Origin: an uncultured Clostridia bacterium
GTDB lineage: Bacteria; Bacillota; Clostridia; Christensenellales; UBA1242
Length of the DNA: 60,662 nucleotides
Direction of reading: 5' to 3'
Assembly: GCA_944383245.1 (NCBI GenBank)
Contig: CALWOU010000005.1
Location: 1-60,662, forward strand
Shown: positions 32,390-42,848 of the stretch, one piece after another
How the letters are laid out: each line of letters opens with the position of its first letter
How positions within the stretch are numbered: the stretch's first letter is position 1
Program-made: the position numbers and the translations under genes
Notes under the pieces: model-generated
What the model was told of the DNA's origin: nothing
Database searches by the model: none
Seen by the model: only the letters and a program-made list of their open reading frames with translations

Positions 32390-32692
32390 TTACTTATAAA
32401 TTTTTAAAATCTTACCTATAAAAATAGGGTTGTTTTTTAAATCATTATCATTAATTATCTTTTCAGGCGAGATATTATACAATGTGGAAATTTTATCTAA
32501 ATTTTCTGCAGGTTTAACTATGTGAGATATGTAATCATTTATCTTTATACGCACCCATTCGCCTTTGTGAAACTTTGCGTTTTTATCGTTTCTTAACACG
32601 TTTTCTTTGTTTGTGTTAAACTTTAAATAAAAAGTTTTTTTATCCTCATCTTCTACTTTATAATAAAAACATTTTGAAGGTTGAATTTTCAT
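32390..32692 (-). CDS. Small LysM-domain protein without signal peptide (spore coat/cortex candidate)
   Basis: C-terminal LysM (HIVKPAENLDKISTLYNIS...NDL...IFIGKILKI) plus a degenerate N-terminal LysM; CATATAT lies 6 nt before the ATG; no SD. Confidence 0.75.
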   Translation of the reverse strand: MKIQPSKCFYYKVEDEDKKTFYLKFNTNKENVLRNDKNAKFHKGEWVRIKINDYISHIVKPAENLDKISTLYNISPEKIINDNDLKNNPIFIGKILKIYK

Positions 32693-32954
32693 ATTTTTAT
32701 ATATGTAAATTTATTTATTTTAGTTAAATTATAAAGATTTTTACGTTTAAAATTTATATCTTTTTAATTACATTTTAAATAGTTTTGTTTTGTTTCTTAA
32801 CTAAAATTTTTAAATTAGTTTTGTTTCTTAGTAAATTTTTAAAAGTGATTTTATTAATATTAATTTAGTTAAATAAAGAATAAATTTTTTAACCTTAATT
32901 TAAATTTTTTTACTGATTTTATGCATTGAATGGTAGTTGTTTAACGATTGAATA

Positions 32955-32983
32955 GCATATAAACGACAAAAAATTTATATATT
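32955..32983 (+). promoter_or_regulatory. SigmaE-like promoter of spoVB
   Basis: GCATATA-N15-ATATATT; spoVB is sigmaE-dependent in B. subtilis. Confidence 0.6.
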
Positions 32984-32998
32984 AATCTAGGACAAATT

Positions 32999-34516
32999 AT
33001 GAAATCATTATTTAAAGCAGTTGCTATTGTGAGCATTTTTTCAATAATCACGCGTTTGCTTGGATTTTTCTTTCGCATATTTTTATCTAGAAAACTTGGT
33101 GCTGAGGGTTTAGGGCTTTTTCAAATGGCAACAAGTGTGCTGGGAATATTTATGACGGTGATTTCTAGTGGACTACCTCTTACCACTGCTAAACTAGTGT
33201 CTAAATACGAAGTGAATAACGAATTAAAAAGGCGAAATCAAGTTGTCACTTCTGCGCTAATTATTGCTTTATCTATTGCAGTCATATGTTCGCTGATTAT
33301 ATTGCTATTAAAAAAAGTTTGGGGAATAATTTTAACTGACAATAGAGCGGTTGAACTTCTTATAATTTTAATTCCATCCATTATATTTAGTGCGGTTTAT
33401 GCCATTTTCCGCGGTGCGCTTTGGGGTCAAAACGATTATTTTAGTTGTGGATTGACCGAACTTATTGAACAAATTGTGAGATTTGCATTAACTTTCATTA
33501 TGTTATTTACAATAACTGATATGTTCGAAGCAACTAGAAATTCGGCTATTGCATTCAATATTACCTGCCTTGTGTCTGCTATTATCACAATGATTATCTA
33601 CCTTAGGCGCGGAAAACTTAAATTTTCGCGTGCAGAATTTAGACCCGTACTTAAAAGCGCAATGCCAATTACCGGTGTGAGGTTAGCAAATTCGCTTGTG
33701 CAACCTCTTACTACCCTAATTATTCCTAATATGCTTATTATGATTGGATATTCAGCAAGTGAGGCAGTGGCTAGTTTTGGTGTAATTATGGGGATGACTT
33801 TTCCTATGCTGTTTGTGCCTATGTCGGTGGTTGGAAGCATTAGTATGGTGCTTGTTCCGTCAATTAGTTCAATGCTAACTAAAAATCAGTACGACACCAT
33901 TCAAGGAAACATTACAAAATCTCTAGAAGTTTCAATTTTTATTAGTATGCTTTTCATTCCGCTTTACCTCTCGGTAGGTGATTTGATTGGATTGGTGCTA
34001 TATGATAACCAAATGTCTGGTATTTTACTTCAATTATCTGCTGTTTGTGTGTTACCTATCACTTTATGCAACCTCACTGGAAGCATTTTAAATGCACTGA
34101 GTTTGGAAGTGAAATCGTTTGTAAATTACATAATCGGCTCGGTTGTTCTGTTTGTAAGTTTAATTGCGCTCACCCCGCTTGTTGGAATCAATTCAATAAT
34201 TATAGCATTCTTCCTATCAATGGCAACAATCACTCTACTTAATTTAAGAATGATTAAAAAGAAATTGCCACATTTTGAATTTAATCTCATGCCAATACTT
34301 TCAAAATACACTATTGTTACAATCATTTCATGTTTAACAGGGCATTTTATTTCAAACATTTTGCTTCACTTTATTAACAATTTCTTCACTGCCATTATCG
34401 CTGGAGGAATTAGTATTGCAATCACGTTGGTGCTTTGCAAAGTGTTTAATCTATACGATTTAACAACATTGTTTTCACTTATAAAAAAGAAAAAACAATC
34501 CAAACAAAAAAACTAA
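32999..34516 (+). CDS. spoVB: SpoVB-like MOP superfamily lipid II flippase
   Basis: ITRLLGFFFRIFLSRKLGAEGLGLFQ, SGLP, EQIVR, GVIMGMTFP, LVPSIS motifs; about 14 TM helices. Confidence 0.85.
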   Translation: MKSLFKAVAIVSIFSIITRLLGFFFRIFLSRKLGAEGLGLFQMATSVLGIFMTVISSGLPLTTAKLVSKYEVNNELKRRNQVVTSALIIALSIAVICSLIILLLKKVWGIILTDNRAVELLIILIPSIIFSAVYAIFRGALWGQNDYFSCGLTELIEQIVRFALTFIMLFTITDMFEATRNSAIAFNITCLVSAIITMIIYLRRGKLKFSRAEFRPVLKSAMPITGVRLANSLVQPLTTLIIPNMLIMIGYSASEAVASFGVIMGMTFPMLFVPMSVVGSISMVLVPSISSMLTKNQYDTIQGNITKSLEVSIFISMLFIPLYLSVGDLIGLVLYDNQMSGILLQLSAVCVLPITLCNLTGSILNALSLEVKSFVNYIIGSVVLFVSLIALTPLVGINSIIIAFFLSMATITLLNLRMIKKKLPHFEFNLMPILSKYTIVTIISCLTGHFISNILLHFINNFFTAIIAGGISIAITLVLCKVFNLYDLTTLFSLIKKKKQSKQKN

Positions 34517-34582
34517 AAGCAATTTTAGTTTTTTTGTTCTTTTATTAAAATTTGTTTTTCTATTGCCACAAAAGATTTTTAA

Positions 34583-35188
34583 TTATTTAGTAACTTTCTT
34601 TTGCCAAGATTTTTTATTGCATTTTGGGCATTTCATATACCTGGTGCGTCCATAGTGCATAGAAAATAAAACTTGTTTATACGTTGGAATGTATTTATTA
34701 TGGCAATGGGCACATTCATAATAGCCTGCGTCCTTTTCAATGCACAAGCAAAAATGAATGGCAACAACAAATTCAATAAATCCTATAACAATTAAAACAA
34801 TTCTAAGCCATGTAGCCATATCTATAAACGAAGCAACAAAAATTAGTATAAGGAAAGTGATAGACGCCATATAGCCAATTACATTCTCAACAGTTAATAA
34901 AAATTTATGATTATGTTCTTCTCTTGCTTTTAATTGAATTAAATTGTTTTCTGCCTGCATTTTATATTCGTCGCTAGTTAATATTTTGCCAGATAATAGT
35001 TCATTTGCACTGATTTCTAATATCTTGCATAGTGGCAACATAAGGCTTGTGTCTGGGAAACCATTGCCACACTCCCATTTTGATATTGTCTTTTCGCTTA
35101 CGTTTAGTTTGTTAGCAAGTTGCACTTGTGTTAACTTTTTTTCCTTTCTTCGTTCTTTTATAAACTTTCCTATAATTTGTAAATCCAT
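34583..35188 (-). CDS. XRE-family HTH regulator with two TM helices and C-terminal Zn ribbon
   Basis: IGKFIKERRK..LTQ.QLA..LNVS..TISKWECG..PD; 2 TM; CAHC...CPKC; start moved to ATG 35188 (SD GGAG). Confidence 0.88.
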   Translation of the reverse strand: MDLQIIGKFIKERRKEKKLTQVQLANKLNVSEKTISKWECGNGFPDTSLMLPLCKILEISANELLSGKILTSDEYKMQAENNLIQLKAREEHNHKFLLTVENVIGYMASITFLILIFVASFIDMATWLRIVLIVIGFIEFVVAIHFCLCIEKDAGYYECAHCHNKYIPTYKQVLFSMHYGRTRYMKCPKCNKKSWQKKVTK

Positions 35189-35234
35189 TTTTACTCCCTC
35201 CCTACACATTCATTATATCACATTAATTTAATAA

Positions 35235-35260
35235 AAAACTCCTATGCATCGTAGAGTTTT
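35235..35260. promoter_or_regulatory. Imperfect palindrome, candidate operator of the XRE gene
   Basis: AAAACTCCTATGCATCGTAGAGTTTT, just upstream of a TG-n-TATAAT -10 element (35212-35220, minus strand). Confidence 0.4.
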
Positions 35261-35474
35261 AATCTTTTTTGTATGCTAACTAATTGAAATATTAAATTTT
35301 TCATTAAAATTTTAAAAAATTGTTATAAATTTTTATTTTTTTTTGAATTTGAAAAAATAATAGTCAAATTTAAATTGTTTTAAGGTTTTGTTTATTTAAT
35401 TATTTTTAGGTTAAAAATACCAAATGTGATTATGTTTTGCGCATATTTTTGATAATTTAGTAGATAACTAAAGT

Positions 35475-36188
35475 ATGTTTATTATATTTTTACGCGTAAT
35501 AATAATTTATGTTATCGTTTTGGTGTTTCTTCGCCTTATGGGCAAACGTCAAATCGGTGAAATGCAACCATATGAAGTGGTTATAACACTAATAATTGCA
35601 GACCTTGCCACAATTCCTATGAGTGACACAAACATCCCGCTTATGAACGGGATTTTACCGCTTGCAATTTTGGTGTTAATTCACTTTTTCATCACTCTTC
35701 TCACACGTAAAAGTATAAAAATAAGGCGACTTATGAGTGGTTCGCCCGTGGTTGTGATTAGCCCTAAAGGAATTGAATATTCTGCTCTAAAGCAACTTAA
35801 TATGAACATTGACGATTTACTAGAGGCAATTAGGCAATGCAACTATTATAGTTTTGACCAAGTTTTGTATGCAATCATAGAGACAAACGGAAAAATGAGT
35901 GTTATACCTGTAAGTTCGAGTGCTCCTGCAACAGCCTCAGATGTGGGAGTAAACAATCCGCCTGCAAACCTACCTCACGTTATAGTGAGTGATGGAAAAT
36001 TAATTAAAGATGAAATGAAAAAACTTTCTATTACTCACGAAAAATTAGATAAAATTTTCAAGCATTTAAAAATTAACTCAATAAAAGATTTAATAATTTT
36101 GAGTATGGATAGCAATGGTAAGGTTTATTATCAATTAAAAGGAGAAAATTATAAAATAATACAAAACATTCACGAGGTGATAGAATGA
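35475..36188 (+). CDS. YetF/DUF421 family membrane protein (spore inner-membrane family)
   Basis: LRLMGKRQIGEM, IIADLA, G.P.V.I...G.I, AIIETNGKMSV motifs; GCATATT...GATAACT then 5 nt to the ATG; no SD. Confidence 0.9.
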   Translation: MFIIFLRVIIIYVIVLVFLRLMGKRQIGEMQPYEVVITLIIADLATIPMSDTNIPLMNGILPLAILVLIHFFITLLTRKSIKIRRLMSGSPVVVISPKGIEYSALKQLNMNIDDLLEAIRQCNYYSFDQVLYAIIETNGKMSVIPVSSSAPATASDVGVNNPPANLPHVIVSDGKLIKDEMKKLSITHEKLDKIFKHLKINSIKDLIILSMDSNGKVYYQLKGENYKIIQNIHEVIE

Positions 36189-36574
36189 AACTTTGGGTAG
36201 CAATGATTACAATTTTGATTGCCGTCACAGGAATTTGTGTTTATGATGGCATACATACAAAAAATGTGTTTGAACATATGGAGGAGGAAAGCGAAATGAT
36301 ATCCTCCGCACTAATAGATGGCACGCAAATTACAAACGAAAGATTATCCGAGCGCATACAAAATTTAACCGATTATTGGACGGATAATATGGATATGCTT
36401 TGCCTTTCAATTTCAAGAAAAGATATGCAACCTATAAGCGATTATTTGCAATATCTAAACTCTGCCATAATAAACGAAAATCAAGAAGACGCAATAACCT
36501 ATTCTCTACTATTGGACTATAATATCAAAGGTTTAACACAATCCACAGGAATAAGTATTTTAAATTTATTTTAA
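36185..36574 (+). CDS. DUF4363-like protein coupled to the DUF421 gene
   Basis: 4-nt overlap with DUF421; N-terminal TM; helical body; ends SILNLF; typical DUF421 partner position. Confidence 0.65.
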   Translation: MKLWVAMITILIAVTGICVYDGIHTKNVFEHMEEESEMISSALIDGTQITNERLSERIQNLTDYWTDNMDMLCLSISRKDMQPISDYLQYLNSAIINENQEDAITYSLLLDYNIKGLTQSTGISILNLF

Positions 36575-36576
36575 CA

Positions 36577-36640
36577 AAAAACAGCATATGAATTTGGTGC
36601 AAAATTAAACTATAATTTTTAATCATATGCCGTTTTTTTC
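36577..36640 (+). terminator. Terminator after the DUF421 operon
   Basis: AACAGCATATGA...TCATATGCCGTTTTTTT (long loop). Confidence 0.5.
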
Positions 36641-36785
36641 TTTATATTTATTAATATTTTTTATGTTTTTTTTAAATTTTATATAATTTTTTTACAAAAA
36701 TATTTATTCTTTTAATAATTTAACATATATATATTTTTCTTTTATGTTTTAACATATTTATTTAAATTTTTAAAAATATTACAAT

Positions 36786-37103
36786 TTAAATTAATGCGAT
36801 AAATGTTACTAGAAACAACATTAATGCCACAACAAACGTGAAAAACAAAGAGGCTAAATCATACTTATTTGTTTTATAAAAAGGGAGTGGTTCGTTTGAA
36901 TTGTCGTGCGATGAAATATAAGATAAAATTGTTTCAGTGGCGGTATTTACCTTTTCAATTTTATCGGACAAATTTTTTCTTTTTTTCTCGCCTTTTGCGT
37001 GCAAAACTTTAATCATAACCTCTTGCCTCATTTTAACTTTTTCGACACTTGCGTTATAATCTAAATTCATAAAATCAAATAATTTTTTTATTTCTTTTGG
37101 CAT
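36786..37103 (-). CDS. Hypothetical protein with C-terminal TM helix
   Basis: ATG 37103 behind SD AGGGG; helical N-terminus; hydrophobic C-terminal tail anchor. Confidence 0.6.
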   Translation of the reverse strand: MPKEIKKLFDFMNLDYNASVEKVKMRQEVMIKVLHAKGEKKRKNLSDKIEKVNTATETILSYISSHDNSNEPLPFYKTNKYDLASLFFTFVVALMLFLVTFIALI

Positions 37104-37295
37104 AATTCCCCTAATTTTTTGCAAAAATTTAATAAAATTTCAAATTTTTTGTTGTTTTTATTAAATTTTTTTGAAATTTCCCAAATTTTTTAATGTTGAA
37201 CATTTTTTAATATTTTTAATTTTTACCGTTTGCTTTTTTATTTTTTTGCCACAAGTTTTTAATTTTTAATATAATTCTTATAATAAAATACAAAA

Positions 37296-40124
37296 TTATT
37301 TTGATTTATCTCTTTCAAGGATTTTCTTTAAATACATTCCTGTGTAACTACCTTGAACTTGTGTGACCTCTTCTGGTGTGCCTGTTGCGACTATTTTTCC
37401 GCCACCTTCTCCGCCTTCTGGACCCATATCAATAATGTAATCAGCAGTTTTAACAATATCAAGGTTATGTTCTATCACAACAACTGTGTTTCCATTTCCA
37501 ACAAGACGTTGCAAAATATTTACTAATTTTTTAACGTCATATGAATGAAGTCCTGTGGTTGGTTCATCCAAAATATATACAGTGTTACCCGTATCTCTTC
37601 TAGTTAGTTCGCTTGCGAGTTTCAATCTTTGTGCCTCGCCTCCTGAAAGTGTGGTTGCGCTCTGACCTAATTTAATGTAACCTAATCCGACATCCACAAG
37701 AGTTTGCAAAATGTGTTTTATATTTGGAATTGCATCAAAAAACTCATATGCTTCATCGATTGTCATTTCAAGCACGTCATAAATTGATTTACCCTTATAT
37801 TTCACTTCCAAAATTTCGCGCGAATAACGTTTTCCGCCACACACTTCACACGGGACGAACACGTCCGCCATAAAATACATTCTAAGGCGCTTCACGCCAT
37901 CGCCCGCACACGCTTCACATCGCCCGCCAGAAACATTGAAACTAAAATGTGTTGAAGTTAGTCCGCGCTCTTTTGCACTTGGAGTGGAGGCAAAAAGTTC
38001 GCGAATTTTTGTAAACAAACCTGAATAGGTCGCTGGATTACTTCTTGGCGTTCGCCCGATTGGTGTTTGGTCGATTTGAATAACCTTATCTATATCTTCA
38101 ATTCCTAGAATTTCGCCTATGTTTCTATCTTTATCTCGTTTATTTAGTTTGTTGAATAGTGCGCGATAGAAAATATCGTTTACAAGGGTGGATTTTCCGC
38201 TCCCGCTAACTCCTGTAACGCAAGTTAAAACTCCGCGAGGAATAGCAACATCCAACCCTTCAATATTGTGTTCTTTGCAATCAAGCAGTCTGATATACCC
38301 TTTTTTAATTGGTCTACGAACGCTTGGCACTTCAATTTTCTCTTCGCCAGATAAGAATTTTCCCGTGATTGAACGAGGGCTAGCGATTATATCTTCAACA
38401 CTCCCTGTGGCTACCACCTCTCCACCGTGAACACCTGCTTTTGGACCGATATCCACGACGTAATCTGCCGAACGAATTGTGTCCTCATCGTGCTCAACAA
38501 CAATAAGAGTGTTGCCTAAATCACGAAGGCTTTTAAGAGTGTCTATCAACTTGTCGTTATCGCGTTGGTGTAGACCTATGCTAGGTTCGTCTAAAATATA
38601 TAGCACTCCACTAAGTCCGCTTCCGATTTGAGTGGCAAGCCTTATGCGTTGGCTCTCTCCACCAGATAGTGTTCCTGCGCGCCTTGATAGGTTCAAATAA
38701 GTTAGTCCAACATTTACAAGGAAACTTAGTCGCGACAAGATTTCATGCAAAATGCTTTCTGCTATCATTTGCTCTGTTTTTGTTAGTTTCAACTCTTTTA
38801 AAAACGCATATAATTTAATGATTGACATATCGCACAAGTCTGCAATATTCTTATTTTCAATCTTGATTGAAAGTGCGCTTGGATTGAGGCGCTTTCCTAA
38901 ACATTCCGGGCAAGTATCTTCACTCATAAGTTTATAAATTTCTTCTTTAACATACTCGCTCGTGCTTTCTTGAAACCTTCTAAGAAGGTCTGGAATAATT
39001 CCCATAAAAAGTGCATCTTTTTGCGTCAAATATTGATGAAGATTTGGTGCAATTTTATCTTTATCTCCCTTTTCGCCGTTTATAAGCGCCTCTCTACCCT
39101 CTTTACTTATTTTATAGTATGGAGTGTCGGCAGTGTAGCCATATTTTTTACCTAATTTTATAAGTGCTTTTTTAGTGAGCCCGGTTGCATCTATATTAAA
39201 TCCCATAACAGACAGCGCACCCTCGTTAATTGACAATCTATCGTTTTTGACAATGGCATTTTCACCTATTTTTATAACGTAACCAAGACCGCCACATTTA
39301 GGGCAAGCACCTGCGTGATTATTAAAACTAAATAGTGTTGGTTCAATATCTGGAATAGAAATTCCGCAATCCACACAACTATATTTCACACTATACAATT
39401 TATCTTCGCCATTTGTGTTTACAATCACGATGCCGTTTGCCATTTGCAAGCATTTATCAATAGACTCAGTTAAACGCGAAATAATTCCCTCTTTTTTTAC
39501 AATTCTATCCACAATAACATATAAATCGTGACGTTTATTTTTTTCAAGCACGATTGAATCATCTAGCGAATAGATTTGTTTATCTATCATAACGCGAACA
39601 AATCCGTCTTTTTTCAAGCCTTCAATGGTCTTTTCGTGCGTACCCTTTTGTGCGCGTATGATAGGTGCCATAATAAGCATTTTGGCGCCGTCCTCTGCCT
39701 CCATTACTCTATCAACTATTTGGTCCAAAGTTTGAACAGTGATAGGTTTTCCGCAATTTGGGCAGTATGGCTTTCCAATACGTGCAAAAAGTAGGCGCAA
39801 ATAATCGTAAATTTCAGTTATTGTGCCGACCGTTGAACGAGGATTATTATTTGTGCTTTTTTGGTCTATTGATATGGCAGGGCTCAGTCCATCAATACTT
39901 TCAACGTCTGGTTTTTGCATTTGACCTAAAAATTGTCGCGCATAACTAGACAAACTCTCCATATATCTTCGCTGACCTTCTGCAAAAATAGTGTCGAACG
40001 CAAGTGTTGATTTTCCGCAACCACTAACTCCTGAAAAAACAACTAATTTATTTTTTGGAATAACTAAATCAACATTTTTTAAATTGTTCTCTTTTGCTCC
40101 TTTAATTACTATATTTTCTAACAT
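37296..40124 (-). CDS. uvrA: Excinuclease ABC subunit A
   Basis: Two ABC domains (GVSGCGKS, LSGGESQR, GVSGSGKS, LSGGEAQR), Zn fingers, EGQRRYMESLSSYARQFLG. Confidence 0.98.
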   Translation of the reverse strand: MLENIVIKGAKENNLKNVDLVIPKNKLVVFSGVSGCGKSTLAFDTIFAEGQRRYMESLSSYARQFLGQMQKPDVESIDGLSPAISIDQKSTNNNPRSTVGTITEIYDYLRLLFARIGKPYCPNCGKPITVQTLDQIVDRVMEAEDGAKMLIMAPIIRAQKGTHEKTIEGLKKDGFVRVMIDKQIYSLDDSIVLEKNKRHDLYVIVDRIVKKEGIISRLTESIDKCLQMANGIVIVNTNGEDKLYSVKYSCVDCGISIPDIEPTLFSFNNHAGACPKCGGLGYVIKIGENAIVKNDRLSINEGALSVMGFNIDATGLTKKALIKLGKKYGYTADTPYYKISKEGREALINGEKGDKDKIAPNLHQYLTQKDALFMGIIPDLLRRFQESTSEYVKEEIYKLMSEDTCPECLGKRLNPSALSIKIENKNIADLCDMSIIKLYAFLKELKLTKTEQMIAESILHEILSRLSFLVNVGLTYLNLSRRAGTLSGGESQRIRLATQIGSGLSGVLYILDEPSIGLHQRDNDKLIDTLKSLRDLGNTLIVVEHDEDTIRSADYVVDIGPKAGVHGGEVVATGSVEDIIASPRSITGKFLSGEEKIEVPSVRRPIKKGYIRLLDCKEHNIEGLDVAIPRGVLTCVTGVSGSGKSTLVNDIFYRALFNKLNKRDKDRNIGEILGIEDIDKVIQIDQTPIGRTPRSNPATYSGLFTKIRELFASTPSAKERGLTSTHFSFNVSGGRCEACAGDGVKRLRMYFMADVFVPCEVCGGKRYSREILEVKYKGKSIYDVLEMTIDEAYEFFDAIPNIKHILQTLVDVGLGYIKLGQSATTLSGGEAQRLKLASELTRRDTGNTVYILDEPTTGLHSYDVKKLVNILQRLVGNGNTVVVIEHNLDIVKTADYIIDMGPEGGEGGGKIVATGTPEEVTQVQGSYTGMYLKKILERDKSK

Positions 40125-40168
40125 ATCTATTAATTTTCTCCGTTTGTGTAAATTTTATAAGCGTATAT

Positions 40169-40197
40169 ATTATAACAAAAAAATAAATATTTTTCAA
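40169..40197 (-). promoter_or_regulatory. SigmaA promoter of uvrA
   Basis: TTGAAA-N17-TATAAT with TG extension. Confidence 0.7.
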
Positions 40198-40309
40198 CAC
40201 TAATGAAACTTTTTTATTTTTATAGTAGTTTTTAATTTTATGTTTAATTTTTTAAAAATTTATAAATTTTTTATATTATCATATAGGTTTTAATTATATA
40301 TTCAGATAA

Positions 40310-40360
40310 AAAAACTCCTATATGAGAAAAATTTATATTATTTCATATTGGAGTTTTTTA
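40310..40360 (-). terminator. Terminator after the 141-aa membrane protein gene
   Basis: AAAAAACTCC-TATATGA...TCATAT-TGGAGTTTTTT. Confidence 0.6.
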
Positions 40361-40363
40361 TAA

Positions 40364-40789
40364 TTAACTTCTTCTTGGGATTGTTATAACTAGTAAAAGT
40401 GCAAGCACTCCTATTCCTATTGTTACCCACATTCCAACTTGGTTTGTTGCAACGTTTGCCTCAGTGTCGGTTATAGATAATACAGTAGGCATATTGATTT
40501 GATACATATTGTTGATTGCTAGTTTAATATCGTTATCATCGAAAGTTTCATCTTCACTTATGATAACTTTATTTCCGCTTAGTTTGTAGAAATATTCGGT
40601 TGTTGAGTCTGTTACGCTTGAACCAACTGTAACTTTTCCGTTGAAACCAAATTTGTAAGTTGTGGTGACCTCTTGCTCCAACACGGTTGTTGTGTAAGAA
40701 TAAGTGCCTAATGGAAGAACAAAACAAGGATATCCATAACAAACCACCACGAAAGCAATGCAAATTATTAATAAAATTTTTCTAAACAT
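40364..40789 (-). CDS. Hypothetical membrane protein (N- and C-terminal TM, small beta ectodomain)
   Basis: ATG 40789 behind SD GAGG; GTY..., YKFGFNGKV, YKLSGNKVII beta pattern; own promoter and terminator. Confidence 0.75.
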   Translation of the reverse strand: MFRKILLIICIAFVVVCYGYPCFVLPLGTYSYTTTVLEQEVTTTYKFGFNGKVTVGSSVTDSTTEYFYKLSGNKVIISEDETFDDNDIKLAINNMYQINMPTVLSITDTEANVATNQVGMWVTIGIGVLALLLVITIPRRS

Positions 40790-40807
40790 ACGCACCTCTC
40801 TATTTTT

Positions 40808-40836
40808 ATTTTAGCATAACAGAATTAAAAAGTCAA
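40808..40836 (-). promoter_or_regulatory. SigmaA promoter of the 141-aa gene
   Basis: TTGACT-N17-TAAAAT with TG extension. Confidence 0.7.
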
Positions 40837-40984
40837 TAGCAGGAAATATTAAAATGCAAGTTTAAACGATTAATATATTATTTCTCACACTTTCATTATA
40901 TGCAATAATATTTGATAAAAAATAAATACAAATTAAAATTTTGCATAAAACTAGTTACAAATTTACAATAAAATAAAACTTCAC

Positions 40985-41013
40985 TTGACCAAATTTAAAG
41001 AAAAAATTAAAAT
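40985..41013 (+). promoter_or_regulatory. SigmaA promoter of pepF
   Basis: TTGACC-N17-TAAAAT. Confidence 0.65.
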
Positions 41014-41032
41014 ATATATGATTGGAGGAAAT

Positions 41033-42799
41033 ATGAAAAAAAGAAGTCAAATACCGGAAAAATACAAATGGGATTTATCAACTCATATAAAGGACGAAAA
41101 TGAGATTAAACGCATTTTATCTATTATGGAAAAATTGCCAGATAAACTAGCAAAATATAATGGAAAATTAAACGACAAAGAGTTATTAATTGAAAGGTTT
41201 AATAAATTCACAAAAGATTTTAGCGAGATAGATAAACTAGCAAGTTACATTTCTAATTCGCTTAATGTGGATTCTGAAAACATAGAAATGATAAAATTGT
41301 CGCAGAGATTTAACACTCTCGCTCAAAAAATTGACCTTGCCGATGCGTTTTTTGAACCTCAAATGTATGAGTTAGATGATAAATATTTAAATGAATTATT
41401 AAATGAAAAGCGATTGAAAAATTGGGACAATTATATTCGCGATATCATCAAATTCAAACCTCATAAACTAGACGAGCAAAGCAGTTTGTTATTATCTAAA
41501 ATGAGTAAATTCACATCTCCTGAAGCAGGTTTGCATTCTGATATGTTAGACGAATTAAAGTATGCAGATATTGTTGATGAAAACGGCAAAAAGTATAAAC
41601 TAGACAATTCTAACATTTCAAAATTTTTGCAAGGGAAAAATAGAACATTAAGAAAGAACGCATATATTTCTAGGCTTAAAGCGTATAAACAATTTAATAA
41701 AACCTTTGCAGACATTTACATCAACGAACTTGAAAAATGCAAATTTTATGCAGAGATTCACAAATATAAGAGTCGTTTAGAGAGTGTTTTGCTTAGTTCT
41801 GAAATCCCTGAGTCTATTCTTGAAAATAATATAAAAATTGTAACAAAAAACATAAAAATTCTCCAAAATTTTGTGAAAATTCAAAAAAAATTATCAAATT
41901 TGAAAGATTTTTCATTCTATGACCTTCTAGAAGACAGTGGACTTAACAAAAAATTTACAATTGAACAGTCGCAAAAAATTATTCTTGAAGCGCTTAAACC
42001 TTTAGGAGAAGAATATTTATCAATTGTAAAACGAAAATTTGCTGACCGTTCAATCGACTATCTTCCTTGTGAACATAAAGAAACGGGCGGATATTGCTCT
42101 AACACTTATGGGACAAAAACAGTGATTTTGATGAATTTTGTTGATGATTTTGATTCACTTAGCACACTTATTCACGAAATGGGTCATTGTGTTAACGCTG
42201 AATATTTCAATGCAAATCAACCTTATCAAAAAGCGGGAATTACTATTTTTTCGGCTGAGATTGCAAGCACAGTGAATGAAATATTACTTAACTTTTATAT
42301 GCAAAATAACGCAAAAACAAAACGTGAAAAATCATATTATTTAAAGCAATTTTTAGACGGTGTAAACAACACAATTTTTAGGCAAACATTGTTTACTGAA
42401 TTTGAGTTGTTTGCTCACACAAAAATTGAAAATGACGAAAATTTAACTTACAAAGATTTAAATAATGAATATTTGCGCTTATCTAAAAAATATTATGGTG
42501 CGTCAATTATTCCTAGTGTGCAACAATACGAATGGATGAGAATTCCTCACTTCTATTCATCTTACTATGTTTACACCTACTCCACAGGTATGTTAACAGC
42601 AATCACTATTGCAAACAAACTTTTAACAGATGCTAGTTTTAAAGATAAATACATTAAATTCTTAAAAAACGGAGTTAACAAACCTGCAGTTGAAATGTTA
42701 AAAGAAATTGGAATTGATGTAACGAATTTAACAACTTTTGAGAGCGCTTTTAATTTCATATCTAAACAACTTAAAACGTATGCCGATATCAATAAATAA
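41033..42799 (+). CDS. pepF: Oligoendopeptidase F (peptidase M3B)
   Basis: KRSQIPEKYKWDLS, K.TGGY, HEMGH (HExxH), AEIASTVNE, FRQTLFTEFE, EWMRIPHFY..YYVYTYSTG; start moved to ATG 41033 (SD GGAGG). Confidence 0.95.
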   Translation: MKKRSQIPEKYKWDLSTHIKDENEIKRILSIMEKLPDKLAKYNGKLNDKELLIERFNKFTKDFSEIDKLASYISNSLNVDSENIEMIKLSQRFNTLAQKIDLADAFFEPQMYELDDKYLNELLNEKRLKNWDNYIRDIIKFKPHKLDEQSSLLLSKMSKFTSPEAGLHSDMLDELKYADIVDENGKKYKLDNSNISKFLQGKNRTLRKNAYISRLKAYKQFNKTFADIYINELEKCKFYAEIHKYKSRLESVLLSSEIPESILENNIKIVTKNIKILQNFVKIQKKLSNLKDFSFYDLLEDSGLNKKFTIEQSQKIILEALKPLGEEYLSIVKRKFADRSIDYLPCEHKETGGYCSNTYGTKTVILMNFVDDFDSLSTLIHEMGHCVNAEYFNANQPYQKAGITIFSAEIASTVNEILLNFYMQNNAKTKREKSYYLKQFLDGVNNTIFRQTLFTEFELFAHTKIENDENLTYKDLNNEYLRLSKKYYGASIIPSVQQYEWMRIPHFYSSYYVYTYSTGMLTAITIANKLLTDASFKDKYIKFLKNGVNKPAVEMLKEIGIDVTNLTTFESAFNFISKQLKTYADINK

Positions 42800-42810
42800 T
42801 TACTAAAAGA

Positions 42811-42839
42811 TTGCAAAAAATAATTTTAGATGTTATAAT
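42811..42839 (+). promoter_or_regulatory. SigmaA promoter of the wHTH-wHTH-uvrB operon
   Basis: TTGCAA-N17-TATAAT with TG extension; only 9 nt to the ATG. Confidence 0.7.
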
Positions 42840-42848
42840 AGAGGTAAT

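Noticed and set aside
40005-40035. Cys in the first UvrA Walker A motif (GVSGCGKS)
   Set aside because: Single conservative change at a variable x position; the rest of UvrA is canonical.
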